This document shows positions 1 through 8,686 of a stretch of 64,000 bases of DNA, in pieces. Where the stretch lies: NCBI GenBank assembly GCA_028280285.1, contig JANQMA010000032.1:17091-81090 (forward strand), in the 5' to 3' direction. Numbering within the stretch: the stretch's first letter is position 1; each line of letters begins with the position of its first letter. Source of the DNA: Candidatus Omnitrophota bacterium. Its GTDB lineage: Bacteria > Omnitrophota > Gorgyraeia > Zapsychrales > Zapsychraceae. The position numbers and the translations under genes are program-made. The notes below the pieces were generated by a model. That model was not told the DNA's origin and did no database searches. It was given only the letters and a program-made list of their open reading frames with translations.

Positions 1-155
1 ATCTCGTCTTTGGCTAAAAAATAATCCAGGTGATGATCGAGATCAATCAACACACCGCAGAAAAAACAAGAAATGGCAGCAACGAATGAATTGAAAAAAA
101 TAATAAAAATTAAACCTAACGCAGCCGATATGCTGACGTGATAAACTGGCTTCAT
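1..155 (-). CDS. Partial (runs off window) membrane-bound metal-dependent hydrolase-like protein, YdjM-type; not in the ORF track
   Basis: ATG at 155; translation MKPVYHVSISAALGLIFIIFFNSFVAAISCFFCGVLIDLDHHLDYF has an N-terminal His, hydrophobic helices and a DLDH motif. Confidence 0.6.
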   Translation of the reverse strand, partial: MKPVYHVSISAALGLIFIIFFNSFVAAISCFFCGVLIDLDHHLDYFLAKDE

Positions 156-169
156 TATATGTAACCTTT

Positions 170-1318
170 CTAAGTTGCATCAAATGCTTTAACATACTGC
201 TCTAAAAACTTGGCTGCGCGAACCACCGATTTTACTTTAACATACTCATCGGTACAGTGCGCTTGGCCAGGTGCGGAAGCCCCACAGGCAAAGGCCGGGA
301 TTTTGTGTTTTTGAAACAGTGTAATCACTGTTGCCCCCTGGCTTCCCATAAGTGTTGTTTTATATTTCGCCTTTTTACCTTCTTTAACAAACAGTTGCAC
401 GGCTGGATGTTTTTCATTGATTTCGTAGGGTTGTTGCAAATCATCGATAATCAATTTAAACTTCTTAGCTTCTGACGCGATAATTTTTTTAACGCGTCTG
501 ATGACTTCCTGCGCCGGTTGATCAGGCAAAAACCGAATGTCGATCGAAAACTCCACCATATCGCAGACCATATTGACTTTGTCCCCACCGTGGATAACAC
601 CGATATTCACGGTCGGGGGAACGAGATGCTTATGTTTTTTAAACGGCGGAAACTTCATCTTTTCAAGCTTAGAAATGATCCGCGCGGCTTTTGAAATCGC
701 ATTATCTCCCAGCCAGTTGTAAGCCCCGTGTGCTTTTTTACCGAAAACTTGTACGCGTCCGTGAAGTAAACCCTTTTGCGCAATAATCACGGAATGCTCA
801 TCCGAATCCAAGACAAGCGCCAAACGCGGTTTAAAAACTTTCTTTTCACACAGTGGCACAATGCCGTAATGACTTCCTGTTTCTTCATCAACCGTTGCCG
901 CCATAATCACATCATGTTTCAATTTAACCTTATCTTCCACGAGTGAACGCATAATCTCCATACTGATCGCTGTGTTGCATTTATCATCAGACGTGCCGCG
1001 TCCATACATCTTGCCACCGACAATTTTTCCGCCGAGCGGCGGATACTTCCATCCTTTTCCAACCGGCACCGTATCAAAATGCGGTGTGATGAGTATCGCT
1101 CCCTTTTTGGCCTGCGCGCGCGGCAGACTCCCCTTTAGTGTCGCCACAATATTCGGACGGTTCTTAGCATACGTATATGTCTTAACCTCAATACCTTTTA
1201 AAGAACGCATGTCCTTTTCAATCAATTTTGCTAAAGCCAGTTCATTACCGGGGGGATTTTGGGAATCGACGGAGACAATTTTTTGAAGCAGTTTAATTAG
1301 ACGTTTATCATTAATCAT
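170..1318 (-). CDS. M20 family metallopeptidase/deacylase (DapE/ArgE-like)
   Basis: HFDTVP, GRGTSDDK, DEETG and C-terminal AHCTDE zinc-binding motifs. Confidence 0.9.
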   Translation of the reverse strand: MINDKRLIKLLQKIVSVDSQNPPGNELALAKLIEKDMRSLKGIEVKTYTYAKNRPNIVATLKGSLPRAQAKKGAILITPHFDTVPVGKGWKYPPLGGKIVGGKMYGRGTSDDKCNTAISMEIMRSLVEDKVKLKHDVIMAATVDEETGSHYGIVPLCEKKVFKPRLALVLDSDEHSVIIAQKGLLHGRVQVFGKKAHGAYNWLGDNAISKAARIISKLEKMKFPPFKKHKHLVPPTVNIGVIHGGDKVNMVCDMVEFSIDIRFLPDQPAQEVIRRVKKIIASEAKKFKLIIDDLQQPYEINEKHPAVQLFVKEGKKAKYKTTLMGSQGATVITLFQKHKIPAFACGASAPGQAHCTDEYVKVKSVVRAAKFLEQYVKAFDAT

Positions 1319-1343
1319 TCATTGCTCCATTCATATGGTATAA

Positions 1344-1391
1344 AAATAGTACCAGGTACTATTTAATAAAAAATAGTACCTGGCACTATTT
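1344..1391. repeat. Pair of 21-nt REP-like palindromes
   Basis: AAATAGTACCAGGTACTATTT (1344-1364) and AAATAGTACCTGGCACTATTT (1371-1391); each is near self-complementary and they are inverted copies of each other at 20/21 nt. Confidence 0.85.
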
Positions 1392-1692
1392 ATTTCAAAA
1401 AATCTTTTGCTTTGACCTCATCAAGATTGCGTTTGAAATCATCATAGTCAATAAAGATGAGTCCGGGGCATTCTTCGGCAAGGCCTTTTAATTTTGGTAG
1501 ATGATTGCGAACATTACGAAAAGCAATGTATTTAAATTCCGTCCCGCAGTTCTTACAGTTTTTAGCACGCAGCGGCAGATCCGGCTCATTGCATTTGCCG
1601 CAAATCGCCGAAAGATCACCGTAGATCAGTACCTGATCCTTAACCGTTTTAACATCGAGTTTTTGAAATACACGCACATACCGTTCAGACAT
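1390..1692 (-). CDS. Hypothetical protein with zinc-ribbon-like CxxC...CxxC
   Basis: CGKC...CKNC; 100 aa, co-oriented with neighbours. Confidence 0.75.
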   Translation of the reverse strand: MSERYVRVFQKLDVKTVKDQVLIYGDLSAICGKCNEPDLPLRAKNCKNCGTEFKYIAFRNVRNHLPKLKGLAEECPGLIFIDYDDFKRNLDEVKAKDFLK

Positions 1693-1743
1693 AATCTCTA
1701 GTCTAGTATAATGCAGGCATGTGGCAATATTTTTTCAAAAAAC

Positions 1744-1772
1744 TTGACATCCACACATTTGATTGGTATATT
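1744..1772 (+). promoter_or_regulatory. Sigma70-type promoter with extended -10 driving a plus-strand small RNA
   Basis: TTGACA (1744-1749), 17-nt spacer ending TGG, TATATT (1767-1772). Confidence 0.7.
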
Positions 1773-1778
1773 GTTTTT

Positions 1779-1830
1779 AGATGGCTTGAGCAGTACATGA
1801 GAAGGGCTGGGAGGAATCCCAGCCTTTTTA
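1779..1830 (+). ncRNA. Candidate ~50-nt small RNA
   Basis: Lies between a near-consensus plus-strand promoter and a plus-oriented intrinsic terminator; no credible ORF inside. Confidence 0.5.
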
Positions 1831-1833
1831 TTT
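1802..1833 (+). terminator. Intrinsic terminator (plus-oriented; may also stop the convergent minus-strand gene)
   Basis: GGGCTGGGA-GGAA-TCCCAGCCT followed by TTTTATTT; the minus-strand side has only CTTCTC. Confidence 0.75.
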
Positions 1834-2119
1834 ATAATAAGCCCAGATGTTGTTTATACCCGCAGCACTCATCCCCTTTCCAGCGTTCATGGAGGATTTC
1901 ACGGATATTAACGCACTTAAATTTGGCTCCACTGACTGTTTTATGCATGCCGTATCTTTTGGTATAAATCGCGCAGAAATACTGCCCTGATGGCCTTTTA
2001 CGCAAGTGCTCGCACGGATCATCCAACGCCCCACAACAGGCTCCACAGTTGCCGCACATCCCCTCCCACTTCGTGAAATTCTGTTTTTGCAGCTTTCTAT
2101 ATCTAGCTAAATCGCCCAT
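1832..2119 (-). CDS. Cys-rich YkgJ/UPF0260-like putative zinc/iron-chelating protein
   Basis: CGNCGACC...DPCEHL...FCAIY..R pattern and terminal CCGY. Confidence 0.7.
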   Translation of the reverse strand: MGDLARYRKLQKQNFTKWEGMCGNCGACCGALDDPCEHLRKRPSGQYFCAIYTKRYGMHKTVSGAKFKCVNIREILHERWKGDECCGYKQHLGLL

Positions 2120-2156
2120 AAGATTAATATAATTCCTCGCTATTGATTTATCTATA

Positions 2157-2186
2157 AATAAAAAACCCCTGCTTTTTTAGCAAGGG
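2157..2186 (-). terminator. Intrinsic terminator downstream of the riboswitch RNA
   Basis: Minus strand CCCTTGCT-AAAAA-AGCAGGGG-TTTTTT. Confidence 0.8.
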
Positions 2187-2204
2187 ATAAATGATTTTTA
2201 AAAA

Positions 2205-2433
2205 AGAGGAGCCGGTAAAGGGGGATATGTCCCCATCGCTCTTCGGCAACGCAGCCACCATGCTCTCTATTCGCCCACCACGTAAGGTACTAATGCCCCA
2301 CCACGTCCACGAGGCCTCTTTCGGCTTTTGAAAGTTTAGGTCTGTCCGTTTTGTGCCCCCGGATTTCCCCGCACGCCAAACGGTATGGCGCGTCAGCCAT
2401 GTTTTGTGGCTGAGGTTTACCTTTATCGGCTCT
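2205..2433 (-). ncRNA. Expanded c-di-GMP-I (GEMM-I) riboswitch-like RNA
   Basis: Minus strand has CGATAAAGGTAAACC, CGGG-GAAA-TCCG, GGGGCACAAAAC, CAGACCTAA and ATGGTGGCTGCGTTGCCGAA in GEMM-I order, with large insertions in P2 and P3. Confidence 0.75.
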
Positions 2434-2438
2434 GTTTA

Positions 2439-2467
2439 AGTATGCCATATGGATCAAGCAGTGACAA
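2439..2467 (-). promoter_or_regulatory. Sigma70-type promoter for the riboswitch RNA
   Basis: TTGTCA (2467-2462), 17 nt ending TGG, CATACT (2444-2439); predicted start near 2433. Confidence 0.6.
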
Positions 2468-2490
2468 GAGCCATGACAAAAATCGGGCAT

Positions 2491-3102
2491 CTAGAAGTTA
2501 ATCAAATCAAAAAATGTGCGGATCTTACGGGCATCCTTGATGCCAGGGCTTTTCTCAAGACCACTGGAAACGTCGATGGCATAAGGACTAACCTCCTTAA
2601 TCGCCTTTTGAATATTATCTGACTTAAGTCCACCTGATAAAATGACCGGCTTATCAAGCTTTTGCCCCTTAATCAGATCCCAGTTAAATACCTTCCCCGT
2701 ACCACCATGAACATCCGGGACAAAGGTATCAAAAAGATAGGCATCGACATCAAACTTTTTAACCATGTTAATATCAAAAAATTCATCCACGCGAAAGACC
2801 TTGATAACCTTGTAATTTTTTTTCATCCGCTTACAAAAAGCCGCCGATTCATCGCCATGCAATTGAATCGTATTAATTTTTGTAAACCGACAAATATCAT
2901 TAATCGCCTTTTCACTTAAATTGACAAAGACACCAACCGGGATGATAAACGGCGGCAACTCAGCAATGATCTTCTTCGCCCGTGAAGGTGACACATAGCG
3001 TGGAGATTTCTTATGAAAAATAAACCCCACCGCACTGGCCCCGTAATAGGCCACCTTAAGCGCATCATCTTTATTAGTTATTCCGCAAACTTTAACTTTC
3101 AT
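2491..3102 (-). CDS. trpF: Phosphoribosylanthranilate isomerase
   Basis: VKVCGIT, QLHGDE, GGTG and DVSSGLE motifs. Confidence 0.96.
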   Translation of the reverse strand: MKVKVCGITNKDDALKVAYYGASAVGFIFHKKSPRYVSPSRAKKIIAELPPFIIPVGVFVNLSEKAINDICRFTKINTIQLHGDESAAFCKRMKKNYKVIKVFRVDEFFDINMVKKFDVDAYLFDTFVPDVHGGTGKVFNWDLIKGQKLDKPVILSGGLKSDNIQKAIKEVSPYAIDVSSGLEKSPGIKDARKIRTFFDLINF

Positions 3103-3123
3103 CTTGCTCCTTTATGCAACAAA

Positions 3124-3197
3124 AGTGATAGAGTGATAGTAGTGCTTGAGTGATATTTACTAAAATTATCACTCTACTACTTTATCACTTTATCACT
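3124..3197. repeat. Periodic palindrome, ~8-nt unit (AGTGATAG / TATCACTT)
   Basis: agtgatag agtgatag tagtgcttg agtgata ... tatcactc tactactt tatcactt tatcact. Confidence 0.75.
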
Positions 3198-3981
3198 ATT
3201 TTCCCATTACTTCCCGGACTTTGCTGGCTATATCCTGCGCCCGCATGAATATTTCACCAATTAAAACCGCATGCGCGCCGAGCTCTCTTAAGCGCTTCAC
3301 ATCTTCATTCGTTTGAATACCACTTTCGGCCACAATCACTTTATCTTGTGGAATTTTCGGTATCAGCCGTACGCAATTTTCTACATCAACTTGAAATGTT
3401 TTTAAATCACGATTATTGATCCCGATGATTTCCGCACCCGCTTCAAGCGCACTATTTAATTCCTCCTCATTATGAATCTCAACCAGACAATCAACGTCCA
3501 GGGCATCGGCAACCGCAATCAAATGTTTAATCTCTTCAACCGACAATAACGCAACGATCAAAAGAACTGCCGAAGCACCATTATACACCGCTTCATAAAT
3601 CTGCCCCTCCTCAAGGATAAAATCTTTTGTCAGCGCCGGCAAGCCCACTTCGTCAACCACATCACGCACATAACTAGGTTTACCCAAAAAATATTTGTCT
3701 TCCGTCAAAACAGACACAGCCGCAGCACCATTTTCTTTATAAATCTTACCGATTTCAATACAATCAAAATCCTCGCGAATAATACCTTTAGACGGAGACG
3801 CCTTTTTTATCTCGGCGATCAAACTAATTTGACCAGGCTTGGCAATCTGTTTTTTAAACAGATGATAGCGCGAATACTCGGTCTTTGATAAATTCTCTTT
3901 AAGATTCGCAAAGAGCCCCCGCTTTTCATTGTTTATATATTTTTTATGCTCAACAATCTTATCTAAAAAATCAGAAATCAC
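3196..3981 (-). CDS. trpC: Indole-3-glycerol phosphate synthase
   Basis: IAEIKKASPSKG, SVLTE, GINNRDL and AESGI motifs. Confidence 0.96.
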   Translation of the reverse strand: MISDFLDKIVEHKKYINNEKRGLFANLKENLSKTEYSRYHLFKKQIAKPGQISLIAEIKKASPSKGIIREDFDCIEIGKIYKENGAAAVSVLTEDKYFLGKPSYVRDVVDEVGLPALTKDFILEEGQIYEAVYNGASAVLLIVALLSVEEIKHLIAVADALDVDCLVEIHNEEELNSALEAGAEIIGINNRDLKTFQVDVENCVRLIPKIPQDKVIVAESGIQTNEDVKRLRELGAHAVLIGEIFMRAQDIASKVREVMGK

Positions 3982-4984
3982 GATGCGTGAACTCCTTTAA
4001 CTCGTCCAATTTCTTTTTGGCCTTACCGCTGTCGATGGAATCCTCAGCAAGCTTTATGCCGTCCTCGATATTATCGACTTTTTCGGCCGCATAAAAGGCA
4101 TACGCTGCATTAAGCACAACAATATCTCTCTTCGGACCTTTTGCCCCGTCAAGAATCCCCTCAACGATTTTAACATTTTGCTCTAGGTCTCCACCAATCA
4201 ACTGATCATGCGTTGCACGCTCAAAGCCCAGTTCCTCGGGATCGGTATCATACACCAAAATTTCTCCATCCTTGATCTCAGCAATAAATGTCTTATCCGT
4301 TGTAGTGATTTCATCAAGGCCATCTGCGCCGTGCACAACCAAGGCCTTTTTAAGGCCTAAATTTTTAAGCACTTCACAAATCGGTTCGACCAAATCACGA
4401 TTATACACACCGACCACCTGATGCGTCGCACTGGCGGGGTTAGTGAGCGGCCCTAAAATATTAAAAATCGTCTCAACACCAAGCTCTTTGCGCACCGGCG
4501 CAACATTTTTCATGGCCGGATGAAGCTTTTGCGCAAACAAAAACGCAATACCGGTTTGGCCCAAACATTCTTTTAAATGCGCTTCCTCCACATCTAAATT
4601 AACACCAAGTGCTTCGAGGACACACGCACTGCCGCACTTACTCGACACAGATCTGTTACCATGTTTGGCCACAATAACACCAGCCCCAGCCAAGACAAGC
4701 GCAACGGTCGTCGAAATATTAAACGTATCTTTCTTATCACCGCCTGTACCGCATGTATCTAAAATATTGGCATGCTTTGACTTGATCGGCACCACAAATT
4801 TACGCATAATGCGCGCCGCCCCTGTAATCTCTTCAACCGTCGGGCCCTTGGCCCTCAACGTTAAAAGAAACTGCGCAATATCTTCTTTGATAGCCTCGCC
4901 GGACATGATCAGATGCATAACATCTTCAATCTCGGCCTGTGTTAAGTTTTCTTTATTGTGAAGTTTTGCAATGTAATTTTTCAA
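3971..4984 (-). CDS. trpD: Anthranilate phosphoribosyltransferase
   Basis: DTCGTGGD, FNIST, KHGNRSVSS and DGLDE motifs; TTG start. Confidence 0.96.
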   Translation of the reverse strand: MKNYIAKLHNKENLTQAEIEDVMHLIMSGEAIKEDIAQFLLTLRAKGPTVEEITGAARIMRKFVVPIKSKHANILDTCGTGGDKKDTFNISTTVALVLAGAGVIVAKHGNRSVSSKCGSACVLEALGVNLDVEEAHLKECLGQTGIAFLFAQKLHPAMKNVAPVRKELGVETIFNILGPLTNPASATHQVVGVYNRDLVEPICEVLKNLGLKKALVVHGADGLDEITTTDKTFIAEIKDGEILVYDTDPEELGFERATHDQLIGGDLEQNVKIVEGILDGAKGPKRDIVVLNAAYAFYAAEKVDNIEDGIKLAEDSIDSGKAKKKLDELKEFTHRDF

Positions 4985-5000
4985 TTGAGCCCCTTCAGCT

Positions 5001-5573
5001 TTATAACTTCAAAAAATTGGCTAACATCTGCTTACCTTCCACCGTCAAAATAGATTCCGGATGAAATTGCACCCCCAAAAATGGCAGTGTCTTGTGCGTT
5101 ACCCCCATTATTTCTCCGTCCTCTGACTTAGCCGTCACATTAAAACACGATGGCAAGGTCTTCGGATCGATTACAAGCGAATGATAGCGCGTCGCCTCAA
5201 ACGGATTAGAGAGTCCTTTAAATAAATCTTTATTGTCATGTTTAATTTGAGATGTCTTCCCATGCATAATCTTACCGGCACGAATAATCTTTCCACCAAA
5301 GGCCTGACCTAAACATTGATGCCCCAAGCAAACACCCAAAATTGGCGTTGGCTTTTGAGCCTCTTTCATCTGTTCAATAATTTGAAGAGAAATCCCCGCT
5401 GTATCCGGTCGCCCAGGCCCCGGGGAAATAATGATTCTTTCCGGATTCATCTTTGTGATATCATCGAGTGTGATCGCATCATTACGATATACCTCTAGAT
5501 TGGCCCCAAGCTCACCAAAGTACTGAACTAAGTTATATGTAAATGAATCATAATTGTCGATCATTAAGATCAT
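5001..5573 (-). CDS. trpG: Anthranilate synthase component II (glutamine amidotransferase, TrpG/PabA family)
   Basis: [28 protein letters not shown]; start moved to ATG 5573 (ATGA overlap with murA). Confidence 0.9.
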   Translation of the reverse strand: MILMIDNYDSFTYNLVQYFGELGANLEVYRNDAITLDDITKMNPERIIISPGPGRPDTAGISLQIIEQMKEAQKPTPILGVCLGHQCLGQAFGGKIIRAGKIMHGKTSQIKHDNKDLFKGLSNPFEATRYHSLVIDPKTLPSCFNVTAKSEDGEIMGVTHKTLPFLGVQFHPESILTVEGKQMLANFLKL

Positions 5574-6832
5574 GCTTTTTCCTTCCAAACATTAGCACCC
5601 AGGGCAACTAGTTTTTCTTCCAGCTTTTCATACCCGCGCTCAAGGTGATAAATGCGGTGCACTTCCGTTGTTCCTTCGGCCGCAAGCCCGGCGATAACTA
5701 AAGCGGCAGACGCCCTTAAGTCAGAGGCCATAACCGGCGCGCCATAAAGTTTCTTAACACCTTGAGCGATCGCGTTGGTCCCTTCACGCCTAATATTAGC
5801 CCCCATACGATTAAGCTCAGCGATATGAATAAAGCGATCAGGATAAACACGGTCGGTAATAACACTGATCCCACCAGCCAACGCCATCACCGCGAGAAAC
5901 TGTGCCTGTAAATCCGTCGGAAACCCCGGATAAGGATGTGTGGCCACACTAACCGGTTTAATCACTTTGCGTGCTTTAACATGAATTATACCCTTTTCAT
6001 TAATAACTTTAATACCGGCTTCCTCCAACTTATCCATAAGCGACATTAAATGCGTATAGTTCGCTCCTTTTATCGTAATATTACTACGTGTGGCGGCGGC
6101 CGCCAAAACATATGTCCCGGCCTCAATACGGTCGGGAATAACTTTGTAATTCACACCACTTAATTTTTTAACTCCAACGATCGTAATCTTCGGGCTGCCA
6201 TGTCCTGTAATTTTGGCGCCCATGTCAATCAACATATTCGCCAAATCTTCCACTTCCGGTTCACAGGCGGCCGATTCAATAACCGTAGTACCGCGCGCAA
6301 GAGTTGCCGCCATCATCACATTGGCTGTGGCCAGCACCGAGGAACCAAACACACCGCCTAAATAAATATGCGCCCCCTTAAGGCCTTTTGTTTTGGCAAT
6401 CACATAACCGTTGTCAAAGTTCATCATCGCGTTAAGCGCGGTTAAACCTTTAATATGCAAATCAACCGGACGAATACCGATAACACAACCGCCGGGCAGC
6501 GAAACCTTTGCTTTTTGCAATTTTGCCAATAGCGGTCCCAGCACACAAAACGAGCCACGCATGGTTGAAACCAATTTATAATCCGCTATATGCTTAAGCG
6601 CAGCGGGCTGAGTAACAGTCAGTTTATTTTTTGAAAACTCAACTTTTTTACCGAGCGATTTAAGAAGCGCAACCATCGTCTTGGTGTCCCGCAGCATCGG
6701 GACATTACGGATCACGCAATCCTCGCTCGTTAGAAGTGTCGCCGCCATAATTGGCAAAGCGGCATTCTTGGAACCGGAAATAGTTACTTCACCTTTAAGC
6801 GAAGCAACTCCTTGTATAACTAATTTATCCAT
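5570..6832 (-). CDS. murA: UDP-N-acetylglucosamine 1-carboxyvinyltransferase
   Basis: [36 protein letters not shown]. Confidence 0.97.
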   Translation of the reverse strand: MDKLVIQGVASLKGEVTISGSKNAALPIMAATLLTSEDCVIRNVPMLRDTKTMVALLKSLGKKVEFSKNKLTVTQPAALKHIADYKLVSTMRGSFCVLGPLLAKLQKAKVSLPGGCVIGIRPVDLHIKGLTALNAMMNFDNGYVIAKTKGLKGAHIYLGGVFGSSVLATANVMMAATLARGTTVIESAACEPEVEDLANMLIDMGAKITGHGSPKITIVGVKKLSGVNYKVIPDRIEAGTYVLAAAATRSNITIKGANYTHLMSLMDKLEEAGIKVINEKGIIHVKARKVIKPVSVATHPYPGFPTDLQAQFLAVMALAGGISVITDRVYPDRFIHIAELNRMGANIRREGTNAIAQGVKKLYGAPVMASDLRASAALVIAGLAAEGTTEVHRIYHLERGYEKLEEKLVALGANVWKEKA

Positions 6833-7616
6833 TATTCTTTCTGGCGATTACAATACGTTCAGTTCCAACATAATCTTTCACAAATTCCACTTGATCAAAC
6901 ACATTCGTGGCATTGATCAAATCAGCAATCGCGGCATGCTGCCCATCACCGCATTCGAACATCAAAAACCCACCAAAGTTTATCTTAGATGCCCCGTGCG
7001 CAATAATCAAACGGTAAAAATCAAGACCGTCTGTGCCACCGTCAAGGGCAATACGCGGCTCTTGCTTAACATCTTTCGGTAAATTTTTCCAATCATCCGA
7101 TGGAATATACGGCGGATTAGAAATGATTAGGTCAAATGCGGTATCGGTTTGATCGAAGTATTGTTTCACATCTTGGTTAATCAAATTAATACGATCAATA
7201 AGCCCAGCCTGTTTAATATTTTCATAAGCTAAACAACACGCCTCAGATGAAACTTCAACACCAGTAATGCTCGCATTCACTAATTTTTGCGCTAAGGTAA
7301 TTTCAATATTTCCTGTGCCAACGCCAACATTTAAGATATTAAGTGGGCCACGTGAATCTTTTAAACGCTGGATTGCCTCGGTAACCAAAATCTCTGTCTC
7401 TGGTCGTGGAATAAGCGCACGGCGATCCACTTTAAGTGTGGTATCACAAAAACCCCACTCACCCAAAATATATTGCAACGGCTCACCTGACTCAAAGCGC
7501 GCCTTCATCAACGTAAACTGTTTTTGTTGATCGATATTGAGTTTAGGCTCTTGCGTGTAAAGCTCATGTTGCTTGCAGGCAAGAATCGACGTTAATAAAA
7601 GCTCATCTGTTTTCAT
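6825..7616 (-). CDS. prmC: Release factor glutamine methyltransferase
   Basis: EPLQYILG, LIPRPETE, SNPPY, ALDGG; follows prfA. Confidence 0.93.
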   Translation of the reverse strand: MKTDELLLTSILACKQHELYTQEPKLNIDQQKQFTLMKARFESGEPLQYILGEWGFCDTTLKVDRRALIPRPETEILVTEAIQRLKDSRGPLNILNVGVGTGNIEITLAQKLVNASITGVEVSSEACCLAYENIKQAGLIDRINLINQDVKQYFDQTDTAFDLIISNPPYIPSDDWKNLPKDVKQEPRIALDGGTDGLDFYRLIIAHGASKINFGGFLMFECGDGQHAAIADLINATNVFDQVEFVKDYVGTERIVIARKNNG

Positions 7617-8680
7617 GATTCAATCGATTCCTCGGCGTCAGCCTTTTGTAAGGCTTCCATGATTTCATCTAAATCCCCATCCATAACATATTGTAATTTG
7701 TGCGTCGTAAAACCAATCCGATGATCGGTCACACGCCGATCCGGATAATTGTAGGTGCGTATCTTCTCACTCCTATCCCCTGAGCCGACTTTAAGTTTCC
7801 GATCTTGCGCTTGGGCATCCATATTTTCTTGCTGCATTTTATCCAAGAGCCGCGCGCGCAAAACACGCATGGCCTTGGCCTTATTTTTAAGCTGCGAGCG
7901 TTCATCCTGACAGGAGACAACAATCCCGGTCGATTCATGGGTAATCCGCACGGCCGAATCAGTTGTATTAACGGATTGACCTCCGGGGCCTGAGGAGCGA
8001 AAGATATCAATACGCAAATCATTCGGATCGATGTCTAAATCAACCTCTTCCGGTTCATACATCACCGCAACTGTCGCGGCTGAGGTATGAATACGTCCGG
8101 AGGCCTCTGTTGTTGGCACGCGTTGCACACGATGCACACCGCTTTCGAACTTGAGCAGCTTTGATGCCCCACTTCCGCTCACGCCGAAAATTACCTCTTT
8201 AAATCCGCCGGTCTCAGACTCATTAAAACTCATCGTCTCAAGGATCCAACCTTTAGCATCGCAATACTTGTTGTACATACGAAAAAGATCCCCTGCAAAG
8301 AGAGAGGCTTCCTCACCACCTGTCCCAGCGCGGATTTCAAAAATCAAATTGCGGTCTTTTTCATCTTCTTTTGGATTAACAAGGCTGTCGAGCGTCTCTT
8401 CAAGCTCTTGTTTTTTGGCTGTCAGTTCTTCCTGCTCGTGGCGGGCCAGCTCTACCATTTCCTCATCCGCACCGTCGGCAATAATCTTAGCCGCCTCATC
8501 TAAATGCTTAACGACACCTTGATACTCCTGATAAGCATTAACGATCGGTGTGATATCCGCATACTCTTTGGCCAGCTTTTGATATTGGGTTTGATCGGAT
8601 ATGATTTCATTATCCGCCAAAAGCTTTTCCAGCTCGGTGAAGCGTTCGGCGGCTTGTTGGGATTTGTCTAGGTAAGTCAT
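7613..8680 (-). CDS. prfA: Peptide chain release factor 1
   Basis: GGQ motif and RVQRVPTTE (PxT motif of RF1). Confidence 0.97.
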   Translation of the reverse strand: MTYLDKSQQAAERFTELEKLLADNEIISDQTQYQKLAKEYADITPIVNAYQEYQGVVKHLDEAAKIIADGADEEMVELARHEQEELTAKKQELEETLDSLVNPKEDEKDRNLIFEIRAGTGGEEASLFAGDLFRMYNKYCDAKGWILETMSFNESETGGFKEVIFGVSGSGASKLLKFESGVHRVQRVPTTEASGRIHTSAATVAVMYEPEEVDLDIDPNDLRIDIFRSSGPGGQSVNTTDSAVRITHESTGIVVSCQDERSQLKNKAKAMRVLRARLLDKMQQENMDAQAQDRKLKVGSGDRSEKIRTYNYPDRRVTDHRIGFTTHKLQYVMDGDLDEIMEALQKADAEESIES

Positions 8681-8686
8681 GGTATC

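Noticed and set aside
1719-1967. 82-aa plus-strand ORF
   Set aside because: It starts upstream of the plus-strand promoter, runs through a terminator and lies antisense to the Cys-rich gene.
2205-2433. Alternative identities for the structured RNA (6S, SRP, tmRNA, RNase P, tRNA)
   Set aside because: It lacks their hallmark motifs, whereas the GEMM-I core elements occur in the right order with compensatory pairing.
2461-2480. TTGTCA direct repeat resembling a Pho box upstream of the riboswitch RNA
   Set aside because: The spacing is 12 nt rather than 11, and one copy is simply the -35 element.
2290-2490. 66-aa minus-strand ORF after trpF
   Set aside because: It overlaps the promoter and the structured GEMM-like RNA, has no RBS and no recognisable protein features; the RNA explains the sequence better.
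5560-5600. trp attenuator or T-box ahead of trpG
   Set aside because: trpG overlaps the murA stop, leaving no leader, and no Trp-codon leader peptide was seen.
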